Assembly: GCA_903813345.2 (NCBI GenBank) | Contig: CAIIXF020000001.1 | Coordinates: 44,082,001 to 44,146,000 of the forward strand | Length of the DNA stretch: 64,000 nucleotides | Source: Owenia fusiformis | Lineage: Eukaryota | Direction of reading: 5' to 3' | Shown: in pieces, positions 36,001-48,643 of the stretch | How positions within the stretch are numbered: the first letter of the stretch is position 1 | Layout: each line of letters opens with the position of its first letter | Translations under genes and position numbers: made by a program | Notes under the pieces: generated by a model | The model's input: the letters and a program-made list of their open reading frames with translations, nothing else | Told to the model about the DNA's origin: nothing | Database searches by the model: none

Positions 36001-37138
36001 TATATTAAAAGTATATTTAAAATATAACATGCACATAGGAATACTGTTGCATGTGTAATTTGACAACATCAACTAAAATCCTTTAAAAATTATATAAAAT
36101 ACGATAGGCAATCTTTTACTGACTGTTTACATAGATGAAGCAATACAAAAGAGAATGACAATGTATTCACATCATGTGTATGTGTATAGTTATCTCCATA
36201 GCATTTAAGAGGAAACCCTGTTGAAAATATGTTTATATCCTGTAAAGCAGTATGAAATGTTGACCAAAACAATTAAAATTAGGACTCTGTTTTGAAAAAA
36301 CCTGGGAAGATCACTTAAGTCCATGATGTGAACAACTACAATAACAATGAATAATATGATACATCAAGAAATGTACTCTGAATAGAACCCAACTTCAATC
36401 AGAAAAATGGGTTCAGAATGAGCAGTTTATGATCATATGGCAGGTTATGAATGTGGCAGTATTATTATAAGGAGGTATAATTAAAACTAGTGCACTGCTT
36501 AGAGCCATAGCTACTACAAAAGCAACAAACATCAACTACAGTTACTACACCTAAGGTACAATAATAATATTCAAATTATAGACAACTTATACTTCATTGG
36601 AAAACAATTTAAATCTTGAATTTCTATCTTAATGAAGATAGACCTGAGATTCCATTAAATGTTTTAAATTTTAATTGTTTCACCTGTTTTTAATAACTAT
36701 TCCACATAATTTTTCAATGACTGATGTAGAATATAAAATCTACACTAAAGAACTATTAAAATTACAGAATATATACAGGATAGTCAATATACATGTACAA
36801 GGGTTGTTCAAAAAGTTTTGCACAAATATATGTAGTATTATTAATCAAGTCACAATCACTGAATGGCATTGTAGATAACTTCATACAGAGAACAATGATC
36901 GCATGGGAGAAAATGATATTTACACTGAGGAATGTTTATGAATGAACAAATGCAACTGCATTATTTTGATTACAGTAAAACCTGTAAAAATGAACATTTG
37001 TGTTATTCTAACATAATATCATTTATTCTCTTCCATAAAACCTTAGATCAAGTTGTGAACATCCACCTATTGTTCAAATCAGTCTAAGTAACAGTGAAAT
37101 GTAACAGCTTTTACATAAGAGCCTTATACATGCACTTG

Positions 37139-37301
37139 TTTTGATAATGTATAGAAAAGGAAGAATCTAGGATTCCATCTTTTACAGAATTGAATCTGAA
37201 CAAGTTTTATAGGAAACTTTATGCCAGGCATAAATTTTGTTCAGATTCAATTCTGTAAAAGATGGAACACTATATTCTTCCCATTTGATACATTATCAAA
37301 A
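37139..37301. repeat. Long imperfect palindrome (hairpin) downstream of the BK-beta-like gene
   Basis: TTCCATCTTTTACAGAATTGAATCTGAACAA pairs with TTGTTCAGATTCAATTCTGTAAAAGATGGAA. Outer pair TTTTGATAATGTAT / ATACATTATCAAAA. Confidence 0.85.
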
Positions 37302-37930
37302 TAGATATAAGGCTGTTTAGTGTTACATGATTTATCTTTCAATAACGCCTATGTTGTTGTTTCAGTAGTATATAATTACATACATATTACATATGTATGC
37401 ATACTTTTTTGGACAGGAACATTAAATATGTCAAACTATAGCTAGCCATAGACAAGTCACTATACAGAACAAGTACAAGTATAAAAAAAACATGATTTAT
37501 ATTGTATTCTATACACTGAAATGCATAAACACAAAATTGTTATATGGAACAGGAAAATGGCTGAATGACATATCTTGTAATTGTGACTTAACTCAATTTA
37601 CCTGTAGTCTCTTGATTTATAAAAATATATTACAAAATGTTGATTACCATCAGTCATTTTGGTGATTCTGGGTTACAACTCATATTTGAGGTATGAATTA
37701 TCATAGTTTTCAGAGTGAATCTTCTACTGTTTTATACTATTTACAGCCATTCTGCACCAAGGTTTGCCATCTACAAAAATTGGAATGTACCTTGCGTGGA
37801 ATTCAGTCCTATGATACTTGTCCATCTACTTACTTGAATGTACTTTGGAAGGACTTTGGTGGTCTAGGAATGTTCCATGATTTGGAATTCATTGGAATGC
37901 TTATTATGGACTTTCAACTCGCAGTTGGAC

Positions 37931-40900
37931 TTACAAACAGACCCTGCGTCTTATGGCAAACACAATCAGTATGATTCCTGCGACTAGTAATAGTCCAGGC
38001 CAGATCATCACATTTATGGCAACGGCATCAGTCACTTTGTAGATTACAACTTTGTTGAAATCCTCAGGGTTGTAGTAACAGGGATATTCTGAGCCTCGAA
38101 TACCGTATTCATCTTGCCACTCTTTAATCTTGTCTGTATTCACTTCTTTGTTTGCGTCACACCAGTGCCAGGCACACTGAAAAAACATAATAAAAATGAC
38201 ATGTAAAACTTACAAAGGACCCCCATTATGTAAGTGCAATGGCAAATGACTTGAAGTAAGACAAGTAAAAGACAGAAATACATGTGAGCATCAAATTGCC
38301 ATCAATGTGTCATTGTGGGATCCATACCCTGTACTATCCTTTGAATTCCCTTTCAAGCATATGACGAAGGGGGCTGTTTGGATATGAGATAGATGCTAGT
38401 ATAATACTACAATATAGCCATAAAGAACCACTCATAACTGTCAAAATCAAAGTTTGTGACAAATAGCCAAAAGTTTCTATGAGAGCTAAGCTCATTCATG
38501 CATTTAAGTTACACTGACACCAGGCAGCATTCACTGTAACACCACTGTAGTTCCAAAGTAGTAAAACTGTACCTGATTTTCTGATTATGACAATTTATCC
38601 CAAATGCTTCTATTTGAGCTCATTCATGCACTCAAGTTACTATGACACCAGTTAGAATTCACTATAAAACTGTAGTACACGTAGTTCCAAAGTGGAGCAA
38701 CCGTACTTACTTTTATGATTCTACTGCTACAATTTTGTCACCAGGCAACACTTTCTCAGTCTGATTTTCTTGTAATGTCATGAATTTGAAGAGAGTGTTA
38801 CCTCAACATAATTTATGTACAACTTTTTAAGACATTTAAGAGACATATTGAATAAATTGAAGAAGGAATGTAGCATTCCCTTATGTAAAGAATATTATGG
38901 GCATTGTATAGATTATTCTGAAAGACAAATAGCTTCAACAGGGTTCGTACACCTTTTTCAAAATGAAATTCCCTGACATTTCCCTGACATTTCCAGGCAA
39001 GAAAGAAAATTTCCAGATCAAATGCATGCACGGCCTCATAAAAAGTCTCAAACAACTGTAATATTTAAAAGACAAGACTTATTATGAAACATTGTGGGTT
39101 CTCCTTGAGCACCATTTCTCATGACTTAATTTATTTCTTATTCACCAATTTATTTCCTGATACACACTATTTTTAATGTTTTACATTCCATAAGGCCAAA
39201 GGTAAAAATACATCACGTACAGGGGCGTAGCCAGCAAATGTCAAGGGTGTGCAATTCTTTGGGTTTGGATCACTGCAAGAAAAAGTAACCAAAAAGGGGG
39301 TACGGGGGTTCACCCCCAGAAATTTATTACAATTTTCATTGTATTTGGTGCATTCTAAGCATTTCAAACTATAATTTGTTAAGTTTTGTAATAAATCCAA
39401 ATGACAACTGAAACTTAAAAATTTTGATCTAATATCATTCTAGAAAAATAACAACTCCGTTGAGGGGAAATTCCCATGCACCCAATGAAACATATTTTAT
39501 CAAATACTGATCATTGTGAACATAATATGATAGCAATAACCTGGTTTTACTATTGTCTTCTTCCTTTTGGGAAAATCTAAACCAAAACATGATACCTTTA
39601 TTAGAAATTCCTTCTCAAGTAGCCTCACAAAAAGGCACAGGCCTATGATACAAAATCAAATAATATTTGTGTTATCAGGAATCTTATTTCTTATTTTCAA
39701 AAAGTTCATAAAAAATGGTGGCTATTTGAATTCAGAGACCATCTTAAATATTTCTTCTTGAGCAGGTCCTTTGTCCCTGAGGTATTGCCATATAAAATTT
39801 GAGACAAAGTAAAACTCTAGGTTCATCTTTACATGAAGAAAGGTTCTAAATTCTTTTGATTCTGGGTTGTTTCCTCCCCTTCCCTTGAAATTTGGACCAA
39901 ATCTAAAAACAGTTCATAATGTTTTCAAAATTAATTTTTTTCATGAAAAATGGCAAAAGTATGTTCTTGAGCAGAGGCCCTATATAACCAAAGCATCGGA
40001 ATATAAAATTTGAACCAAATCTGTCAACTGATATTTGAGTTATCGCCATGACAAATGGACAGATGAATAGACTGATGTACCACAGGACTGTCTAACAGAC
40101 AGCTTCTTAATATAAATACAGTTTTACATTGAAAAGAGTTCCCGGAATTATTTTTGTTTTTCACCTAGCTCCCACCCCCCTCAACAAAACATATACCGTT
40201 AATTAACTTTGAATGGCCCAAGACTAACTTATGGAGAAGCATAATTGCATTGAACCATTTGTACATTATATGTATATTCTTTATTGCTTGGTTTCAGTAT
40301 AATGTTCAAACTGTTCTTACAAATAGACAATATACCAGATTAAATGTCATTCAATCAACCCTAATGAAAAGATTTCAATTTTGTGGAAACAACTAAATGT
40401 TAGATTTTGGATTTTATTGGTATCCTGTCATAGCCCTAAAACATATTTTGCTGGAACATAATTTTTTCAACAATGATACAAAATTCCCTGACATTTCCCT
40501 GACATATCTACGGTTTCAAAATTCCCTGACATTTTTGGCCCTTTTTGACCCAATTTCAAAATTCCCTGACATTTCCAGCACCTGGAAAAATAAATCAATT
40601 TCCCTGACATTTCCAGGTGTGTACGAACCCTGTTCAAGTATATGGGTTAAACTGGTAAAGAAAATAGAAAATACAGGAGACATCCCGATGATCGTCGAAC
40701 ACTAGTAACTTGATTTAGAGACAGAATATATTTTTATAAAAATCTTTCTTCAAATAAAGTATACACTTTGGGGATTTTTAAAAAATATATATGATAAGGA
40801 ATGATATCAGACAAAAATATTAAATGGAAACGATTTAACCTTGCTCACTAAATCTGATTCTCGCTTAAGTCTAGCCATTTATACATGTATTTTAAGGTCA

Positions 40901-42071
40901 TTAGCAGGTACATTGGAATACATCTTAAATGGTATGTTTTGGACAATGTTGACCTTATAATGCATTTTGGTACATGCATTAACCCATTTATTTTTGCTAT
41001 AATTCAGGTGAAAATAAAAACACAAATATTTCAACAAGTATTGTAAGTCATTATAAATTCATCAATGCATCACCTTCAATGATTTTAAACAAGATGAGAT
41101 AAATGTCATTGTAACCTTCACTACAGTCATTTACTCATTTATATTTATCTTATGTTCATTTTGGAGTTTAATATTCAGTATTAACTCATTTATAAAGTAT
41201 CTTATGTTCATTTTGGGGTTCAATATTCAGTGATAAGCGATATGAGTATCAGTGCCAGGAGCCATCTCATTGGCAAGCAAAAGAGAATGTTCATGTATGT
41301 TAGCTCACACTGAGGCCTTGTTGCCATTGTATTATTCCATAGATAGTCATGACTAGGGGAAGGGGAAGTTACAAAATGGGGAATTGGACTCAAATACTTC
41401 AGATGAAATTAAATTGTTGACTCAGAAATTAGTTTGTTGATACAGAGGGGGTAGCATATTGCATGGAAGTTGGAAAATCATTTATTCACCCTGATCAGTT
41501 CTATTCATATAAATGCAATTTCATCTAAATAGTAAATACTTACATTGTAGTGAAAGGTCCCTGAGCCTCCCGGTGCCTGCTTTTTACTATCATACATGTG
41601 TTCATAGTCATGGTACAGCTCTGCAGCATATCGTGGTTGGTTGTAACGATCATTATAATCTACATGAACCTCCAAACAGGGGTAATAACCTCTACAGTCA
41701 ATCCCTGGGCACCCACAGGTAATGTCAAGAGCTGTGAATTTACTGTCAACAACTCTGCATGTTGTGCCCCAATACAGCCTCGTGGGCCAATGTTTGGATG
41801 TATATACCACACCAAAGACAATTAACATGGCCACGGCAGCTACTGTACAACATATTCCCACAATGAGCATTATTTTCTCACGTTTGTAAAATGCATTTGG
41901 CTTATTGTATTTTTCAGTTTCATCAAATCTATCCATTTGGTCCATTGAATGGCGGCGTCTCTCATCACTAAAACTTATTTTATCTACAGATCCGCGTCCA
42001 CTCTCATCATCATATTCCACCTTCTCCATAGACCCACGACGCCTATTTTCATATACCATTTGCTCTCCCAT
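37931..42071 (-). CDS. Calcium-activated K+ (BK) channel beta-subunit-like protein (CaKB/KCNMB-type, two TM plus Cys-rich loop), 257 aa, 2 coding exons
   Basis: Exon 42071-41544 starts in a ccaccATGg context and encodes TM1 (IMLIVGICCTVAAVAMLIVFGVVYT), TTCRVVDS, CGCPGIDCRGYYPCLEVHVDY and LYHDY. Exon 38176-37931 encodes CAWHWC, GSEYPCYYNP and TM2 (VMIWPGLLLVAGIILIVFAI) to the stop. The intron is phase-0 GT-AG. YPCL-V-V, PCYYNP and WP resemble the KCNMB family. Confidence 0.8.
38939..40632. mobile_element. hAT-like non-autonomous element with 5-bp TSD (TTCAA), carrying nested repeat fragments
   Basis: TIR CAGGGTTCGTACAC / GTGTACGAACCCTG. TTCAA at 38934-38938 and 40633-40637. Subterminal AAATTCCCTGACATTT motifs at both ends. 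Confidence 0.85.
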
Positions 42072-45000
42072 GGTGGAATGAAAGACTTCAGCACACCAGG
42101 TAGAAATCAAACAACCTACTTATGATCTGAAATATAAAGATGAAACAAAAACTTGAACAGGAGATTTTTTCCGAAATTATGTTACGAAGATTTTAGAAAG
42201 TAAGGGTACAAAGGAGATTATGCCAACACATGGATTCAATGTAACATATTTATAGAATTACTCACTTTATCTACCAAAAATTAATTAAATATCAGACCCT
42301 TGTTTTTGCAATGCTTCATTTTCTTACATGCAGACATGTTGGTGAAGGCAATATGTTTTTCCGAATATATATTCTAGTTTTACATAAATCATAAGAGCCC
42401 TAGTGAATTATCAAATGTCTATCCTAATTTTCACTTCTGTCACCCTCCCTCCCCTTAAGGACATGGGCACATAGGCACAATAAGCCTTCAATTAAATAAA
42501 GTCATAATTTACTTAACAAGATCTCAGATATTTCACCATCTAACTGAAATGACTAAATATCTTAACCAATCAAAACCTGAAATTTCCATTTCAGTACCCA
42601 TCAATTCAAATAGATTTTAATGAAATACTGGACATCCAATAGAGTACATGTAATTCATTAGACTTATCCAAATATGACACTTAAATTGATGCACACAGAC
42701 TACTTTTGATCTCAGTTGACATTTGTTTTTAAAAATCTGCTGATTCAGTTCGTAACAAAGGCCAAGATTTCAAATCAGATATCAAGAAAAAGAAATCAAA
42801 AAAATAATATTCAAGACCTCGCCAAAACACTGTCATTTGAACTATATGGATACATGTGAGGCTCTCAAAATTTCACACAGTAGAATTATGACTGGCCATT
42901 TGTGTTGGATTACTGAACACAGCTGGCTCAAAAGCCAGCTGAGGGAACGTTCAAATATACCATCTTGTGAAGTGGTTTTCTCCAACTTCCAGCAGGCACA
43001 CTGGAATAAGTTAACGGTATTTAAGAAAATAATTGAATGTAACTAGCCCTTTTCATGATGCGTGGTGACAATAAGTCCTACTTGTTGTGTAACTTGCAGT
43101 TAACGTGGAGAAATTCCAGATCTGGCGCACCATTTTATTACTTTTTGCGCATGCGTGCACATGCGCATTGTACTTTACATGCGCATGGGCATTGCCGCTA
43201 AAAGATCATATTTACCTAACGCAAGTTATTTTGTTGCAAATCTTTACTTTCGAAAGTCAAGAGATCTCGGGAGACCTAAAATGGCTGCAATCTAAATTCA
43301 AGTTTTGTTGTCTAATAGAACATTGATTTACTACAACAGCAGACTGTTGAAGGATCAAAATAAGGTAACAACAAATAAATTATGTATTGATTCAAATATA
43401 TAGCGTATTATGAACGCTACTCAGCACAGCGTTTAGTCAAAATGGGCTCAATTTTTTCTCTTCAAGAATTTTCAATCCAGCTTCCCAGAGCTGACACAGA
43501 GTAAGTGTTGGAGTATAAAGTTGAGCTAAACTAAAACAATTGGACCCATCTCACTGGACCCCACCTTGAGTAAGTAAGAGGCTCCTAAAGCAGTATTTAA
43601 TTCTTCATTAGTCATCAGCGGGGTCATCAGGCATTGAACACCCGGAAATGTTCGTTGACTCATTCTGAATCTTTCAAAAATCATGTTTACCTGTAGGCTA
43701 TTGTTTACAATTACAAGTTCGTTTTCGCCATGAAAAAATATGTAACGCGGTGAAACTATTCCTCAAACGCAGCTACGAGTAAGGATCTATAAGGGAAATC
43801 ATAAAAATACATAAAAAGATGACAAATGTGGATATTAGCACCAAGTTCACTTACCTTTAAATTTTTACCTGCCAATATTATGAAATCTAGGTCATGACCA
43901 TCCACATAGAGTTATTTGCTGCTGCAAATATACGAACGTCAAATAGGTCCAGTCAAATACATGTTCGCCTTTCTAAGGGCAACTGTAGGCTTATTGGCAA
44001 CCCATTGAGCACTACCAATCATCATTATTCAGTTATCAGTTGTTAAAATCACATTGTTCCCGCTCTCTGATTTTCCGAAGAATGTTCCGTCGGTCGCCCA
44101 GAACGTCCTCCATACGTAATTCGCGCTTAGTTCACTTGAATTTGTTCCACTGACTGGCAGACCAAATTGTTTTGAAATAGATACTGGTTGGCGGAATTGT
44201 TTGGCTGATGTTGGAGCAAAGCTTCAAATAATCGTCAGTACTCACCTTTTTGACACCAATTACATCGCAAGACATGATTTACCAAACTCTCCTCCCAATA
44301 TTCCAGTTTGACAATACTTCAAGACCTCTTCAAAAAGCTAATTGTACTAATATCCGATATGAAGCATCATTCTAAAATGGTCAGTTTTGTTTAAATTGGA
44401 AAAAGACCATCTAATCCCTGCTAATCGTCTTGGAACAGTAGATAAAATCTTAGTGTTGTCATCACATAAAAGATACCATGCGCGCAGAGTATAATAAGAA
44501 ACTACTGACATGACTGAAGACGAAGCTCTCTTTTAAGAAGTGAAGTCGAACAAATGCAAAAGGTATATAAAAAGGTGAAAGGATAAGCCCCCGGTGGTAA
44601 GCCTCAAATAGTTGTTTTTCGTCTCCAGAGTAACTTCTTATGAAATGGATATTCCGATAATCTGAATTTTGACTTGACCAGCTATGATTGCTTTCAAGGT
44701 GGGCGGGAGCCCAGCGGTCGAAATATGTTACTATGAGGACCATTGAATTGATCAATCAATTAACTAAAGATACATGTAATATATTATGATATTTGGGTTC
44801 AAGAGCTTACATAACAAGAATAGTAAAATAGTAAATAGTAAAATAGTAAAACTGGGATGAAGAAAAGCATGAAATACTAGTAAATAAAGTATTTTCTCAT
44901 TGGAATGCGAGACAGGCTATTCAAATGAACGGGGAATCCTCAGTGATCTCAGAAGTCTAAATACATATTTAGCAATCCCTGGATGTATTTTTATACATTT

Positions 45001-45235
45001 AGATTATTTTTAGAATATAATCAAGGATGTACTCCACATTTTTGTTTACAATTTCGCAACGAGAACCAAAATTATCTTTTTTCTTTAGAAGTGCGTCATC
45101 CTAAATCATTAAAAGTAAGTTCATCATATTAAAATAAAATAACTAAAATAACTGAAGATAAAGAAATATTTTATTCTATTTCAAAATGAATGCAAGGGTT
45201 AACATTTAACCAAGTAGATTAAATGCCATCTGTCC

Positions 45236-45244
45236 TATATAAAG
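45236..45244 (+). promoter_or_regulatory. TATA box of the secreted-protein gene
   Basis: TATATAAAG ~110 nt upstream of the ATG|gtaagt exon, with Inr-like TCAATT/TCAGT 28-40 nt downstream. Confidence 0.55.
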
Positions 45245-45348
45245 AAATCAGCCCACTAATTGCTCAATTGTTCTCAGTGAAACTTTGCTGAGAACGCCTG
45301 AAAATTTGCTTGAGCTGTTGAACTATCTCTGGAAGTAAAATTCATAGA

Positions 45349-46417
45349 ATGGTAAGTGCTCATTTAAAACTTTCATTATTTGTTTTCATAGTTTTTAATC
45401 CTTCTCAAATGTTATCAATTTAATTTCCTCTCGGATCATCAAAGGCCGTAGAAGACGCTATTCAGCTTTGGGGAACAACTTTTTGAATAAGAATATAACA
45501 AGAAAACTCCTTTTAAGGATCCATAGTAACTCACAAAAGTTGTGATTAATACATGAAGCCATGTAATGTAATCACCCGTTTATTTGAATATTACAGATTT
45601 TTCATGGCTAAGCACATTTCTAATTTTGCACTTCTATTTTTATAGTGTGACTTTTTTTTAGACGGATTCGTTTTTGCTCATTTATCCATAAATACATCAA
45701 TTTTTGTTATGTTAAGTCACTAGCAATGCTATTACCAGGTACCAATCAAGGCAAATATTCCAGATTCAAATGTTTCAGCACTAAAATTTGACGGCGCGAA
45801 ACGCCGTCGAAATCCGGTGGGACTGAATAGACGTGTGAATACCTGGTGCAATAGGAGGGTTGGTGTAACCAAATTTTTAAAACGAGAATTTAACGTTTTC
45901 CCTGGAATTTTCAACATTGTCATCATCTTATTTTCAGAACAAAGTTTTCCTGCTGCATTTAGCCATCGTTACTTCCCTTTGCGTTATTGGTAATGGAGCA
46001 CCAACGGCCTCGGCTAAACCAGTTAGCGTAACAAAATCAATCAGCGTCACGACAGACGAACCCATCAAAGAATACACAAAAGATGATAAAGCCAAAGGTG
46101 AACCAGCTTCCCCGCTTCAATCCGCTTATTTTGCAGAGATACAAAAGTCAATGCGCGCTCTCCCGAATGAAAATAACATTAAATTAGCGATGGGGTACTG
46201 CTTCTTGCGTCAATGCAGCCATTTATTAAAATGCAGCAACATGATTCTTGGGTACGAAATTTGGAAAGCTCAGAATATTCGTCCTGTCACTTTGCTTACG
46301 AGTGTAGGGCCCTTGACAGCGTATTGCTCAAATGGAGATTGTTCGACGGTCATTGAAGATTACGAGCGTTGGCGCGAGGAAAACGGATACGGAGTGGATG
46401 GGGGAAGATGGGGATGA
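45349..46417 (+). CDS. Uncharacterised secreted protein, 160 aa, ending GRW-G-stop (candidate amidated neuropeptide/hormone precursor)
   Basis: ATG|gtaagt at 45349-45351, then acceptor ttttcag and exon 45938-46417. Translation: M-NKVFLLHLAIVTSLCVIGNG (signal-peptide-like) APTASAK...YCFLRQCSHLLKCS...YCSNGDCSTVIEDYERWREENGYGVDGGRWG*. Confidence 0.8.
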
Positions 46418-46832
46418 AAGGCACCGACCGCTTGGACAACAATCAAATTATCATTACTAATTACCAGAAAATTCATATTTATGGATAAAATAATGATTTA
46501 GTTCAAAATTCAAAAACATCCATTATTACAACCGTATTACAGACATTAATTTTCGTAATAACAGTAGTCAGTATTAGAATGACAATAGCTTTAGATTGGT
46601 GATCTATTTTGAAGTTAGGAACCTTTTATGTAAAATATTAATTAAATGATGTATCATTTTACAAAATCGGTCAACTTTTACCCTGGGCGGAAAATTTTGA
46701 TTTAAAATAACGAAGGGAGCTGTTTTTAAGTCAGAACTGCAAAACGAATGCTTAAACTCTGGCCTCTAAGCTCAGGGTAAATGTTTGCCGATTTACGGGT
46801 ATCATTGTGTAAACATTAAAAAAAGTTCTTAC

Positions 46833-48283
46833 AACAAGGCATTAACATGACAAAATGTCACCACCTAAAACAATTTGGTGAATTTAAAGCAAGTTGGAAA
46901 ATACTTTGACCTTGAGAAGGTCATTGAAGGTCAAAGGTCAAATCTAAAGTCAGATTTGAACTTCTGAGAACTTGTAAAGTCAAATTTGAACTTTTGAAAA
47001 GATGTAGATGATTTTGAAAAAAAAATTTGGTCAATTTGAAGCAAGTTGAAAACAGACCTTTTTGACCTTTTTTGACCTTGAGAAGGTCATTAAAGGTCAA
47101 ATGTCAAATCTAAAGTCAGATTTGAATTTCTGAGAACATGTAGATGATTTTGAAAAAAAAAATTAGTCAATTTGAAGCAAGTTGAAAAAGACCTTTTTGA
47201 CCTTTTTTGACCTTGAGAAGGTCATTGAAGGTCAAATGTCAAATTTAAAGTCATATTTGAATTTCTGAGAACATGTAGATGATTCTGAAAAAAATTTTTA
47301 GTCAATTTGAAGCAAGATGAAAAAATACCTTTTTGACATTGAGAAGGTCATTGAAGGTCAAATGTCAAATCTAAAGTCAGATTTGAATTTCTGAGAACAT
47401 GTAAATGATTTTGAAAAAAGAATTTAGTCAATTTGAAGCAAGTTGAAAAAAGACCTTTTTGACCTTTTTTGACTTTGAGAAGGTCATTGAAGGTCAAATG
47501 TCAAATCTAAAGTCAGATTTGAATTTCTGAGAACATGTAGATGATTTTGAAAAAAAAATTTAGTCAATTTGAAGCAAGTTGAAAAAAGACCTTTTTGACC
47601 TTTTTTGACTTTGAGAAGGTCATTGAAGGTCAAATGTCAAATCTTAAGTCAAATCTAAAGTCAGATTTGAATTTCTGAGAACACGTAGATGATTTTGAAA
47701 AATTTTTTTAGTCAATTTGAAGCAAGTTGAAAACAGACCTTTTTGACCTTTTTTGACCTTGAGAAGGTCAAATGTCAAATCTTAAGTCAGATTTGAATTT
47801 CTGAGAACACGTAGATTTTGAAAAAAAAATTTAGTCAATTTGAAGCATGTTGAAAACAGACCTTTTTTGACCTTGAGAAGGTCATTGTAGGTCAAATGTC
47901 AAATCTAAAGTCAGATTTGAAGGTCAAATGTCAAATCTAAAGTCAAATCTAAAGTCAGATTTGAATTTCTGAGAACATGTAGATGATTTTGAAAAAAAAT
48001 TTAGTCAATGTGAAGCAAGTTGAAAAAAGACCTTTTTGACCTTGAGAAGGTCATTGAAGGTCAAATGTCAAATCTAAAGTCAGATTTGAACTTCTGAGAA
48101 CATGTAGATGATTTAGAAAAAAATTGAAGTCAGTCTAAACAGTATTTGTTAAGTTATAGGAAGTTGTAAGAAATTGTTACAGACGCCGGACGCCGGACGC
48201 CAACCTCCAACCTCCAACCACCAACCGCCGTCGCAAAAAAACGGAGACCATAACAATATGTCACCACTTTTGGTGGTGACATA
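46833..48283. mobile_element. Helentron-associated (HINE/DINE-1-like) non-autonomous element with a central ~126-136-bp tandem array (~9-10 units)
   Basis: Left end AACAAGGCATTAACATGACAAAATGTCACCACC, then the central array (...GACCTTGAGAAGGTCATTGAAGGTCAAATGTCAAATCTAAAGTCAGATTTG...), a short GACGCCG repeat, and the right end GGAGACCATAACAATATGTCACCACTTTTGGTGGTGACATA (subterminal IR plus hairpin). Confidence 0.8.
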
Positions 48284-48510
48284 AAAAGGATGATCCATTT
48301 CATTATTCAAAGTATTGGTTTTCAAAATATATAAAACGTCAAACATCAACATTGTGGTTAATGAAAACACAGAATGAAATTCTACGCTAATGGCTCCAAA
48401 ATGCAAACTATGTAATTAATTTGAAATTGGATAAGTTACATTCAATATTTCGGCTATGGATTTTGAAATTGTAATTTTTTAGATATTCCTCTCTAAAGAA
48501 CATTCCAAAT

Positions 48511-48643
48511 GCCGCAGTCACATTTGATCTACGGCAACCGTTGATTCACAAAAATCGAGATAGATATGCAGCATAAATAAGAATACGCTTACAATGTCGA
48601 TTTTTATAAGTTACGGCCGTCGTAGAGCAAATGTGACTGAGGC
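48511..48643. mobile_element. Short MITE (TIR GCCGCAGTCACATTTG / CAAATGTGACTGAGGC), PIF/Harbinger-like
   Basis: ~30-bp imperfect TIR. The superfamily assignment is tentative. Confidence 0.6.

Noticed and set aside
11898..42071. Functional K+ channel cluster (Kv alpha plus BK beta)
   Set aside because: Linkage crosses unreliable gaps, and BK-beta-type proteins are not known partners of Shaw channels.
43141..43190. NRF1-like TGCGCATGCG motifs as a promoter
   Set aside because: The same motif occurs inside the MITE at ~22868, so it cannot be distinguished from repeat-derived sequence.
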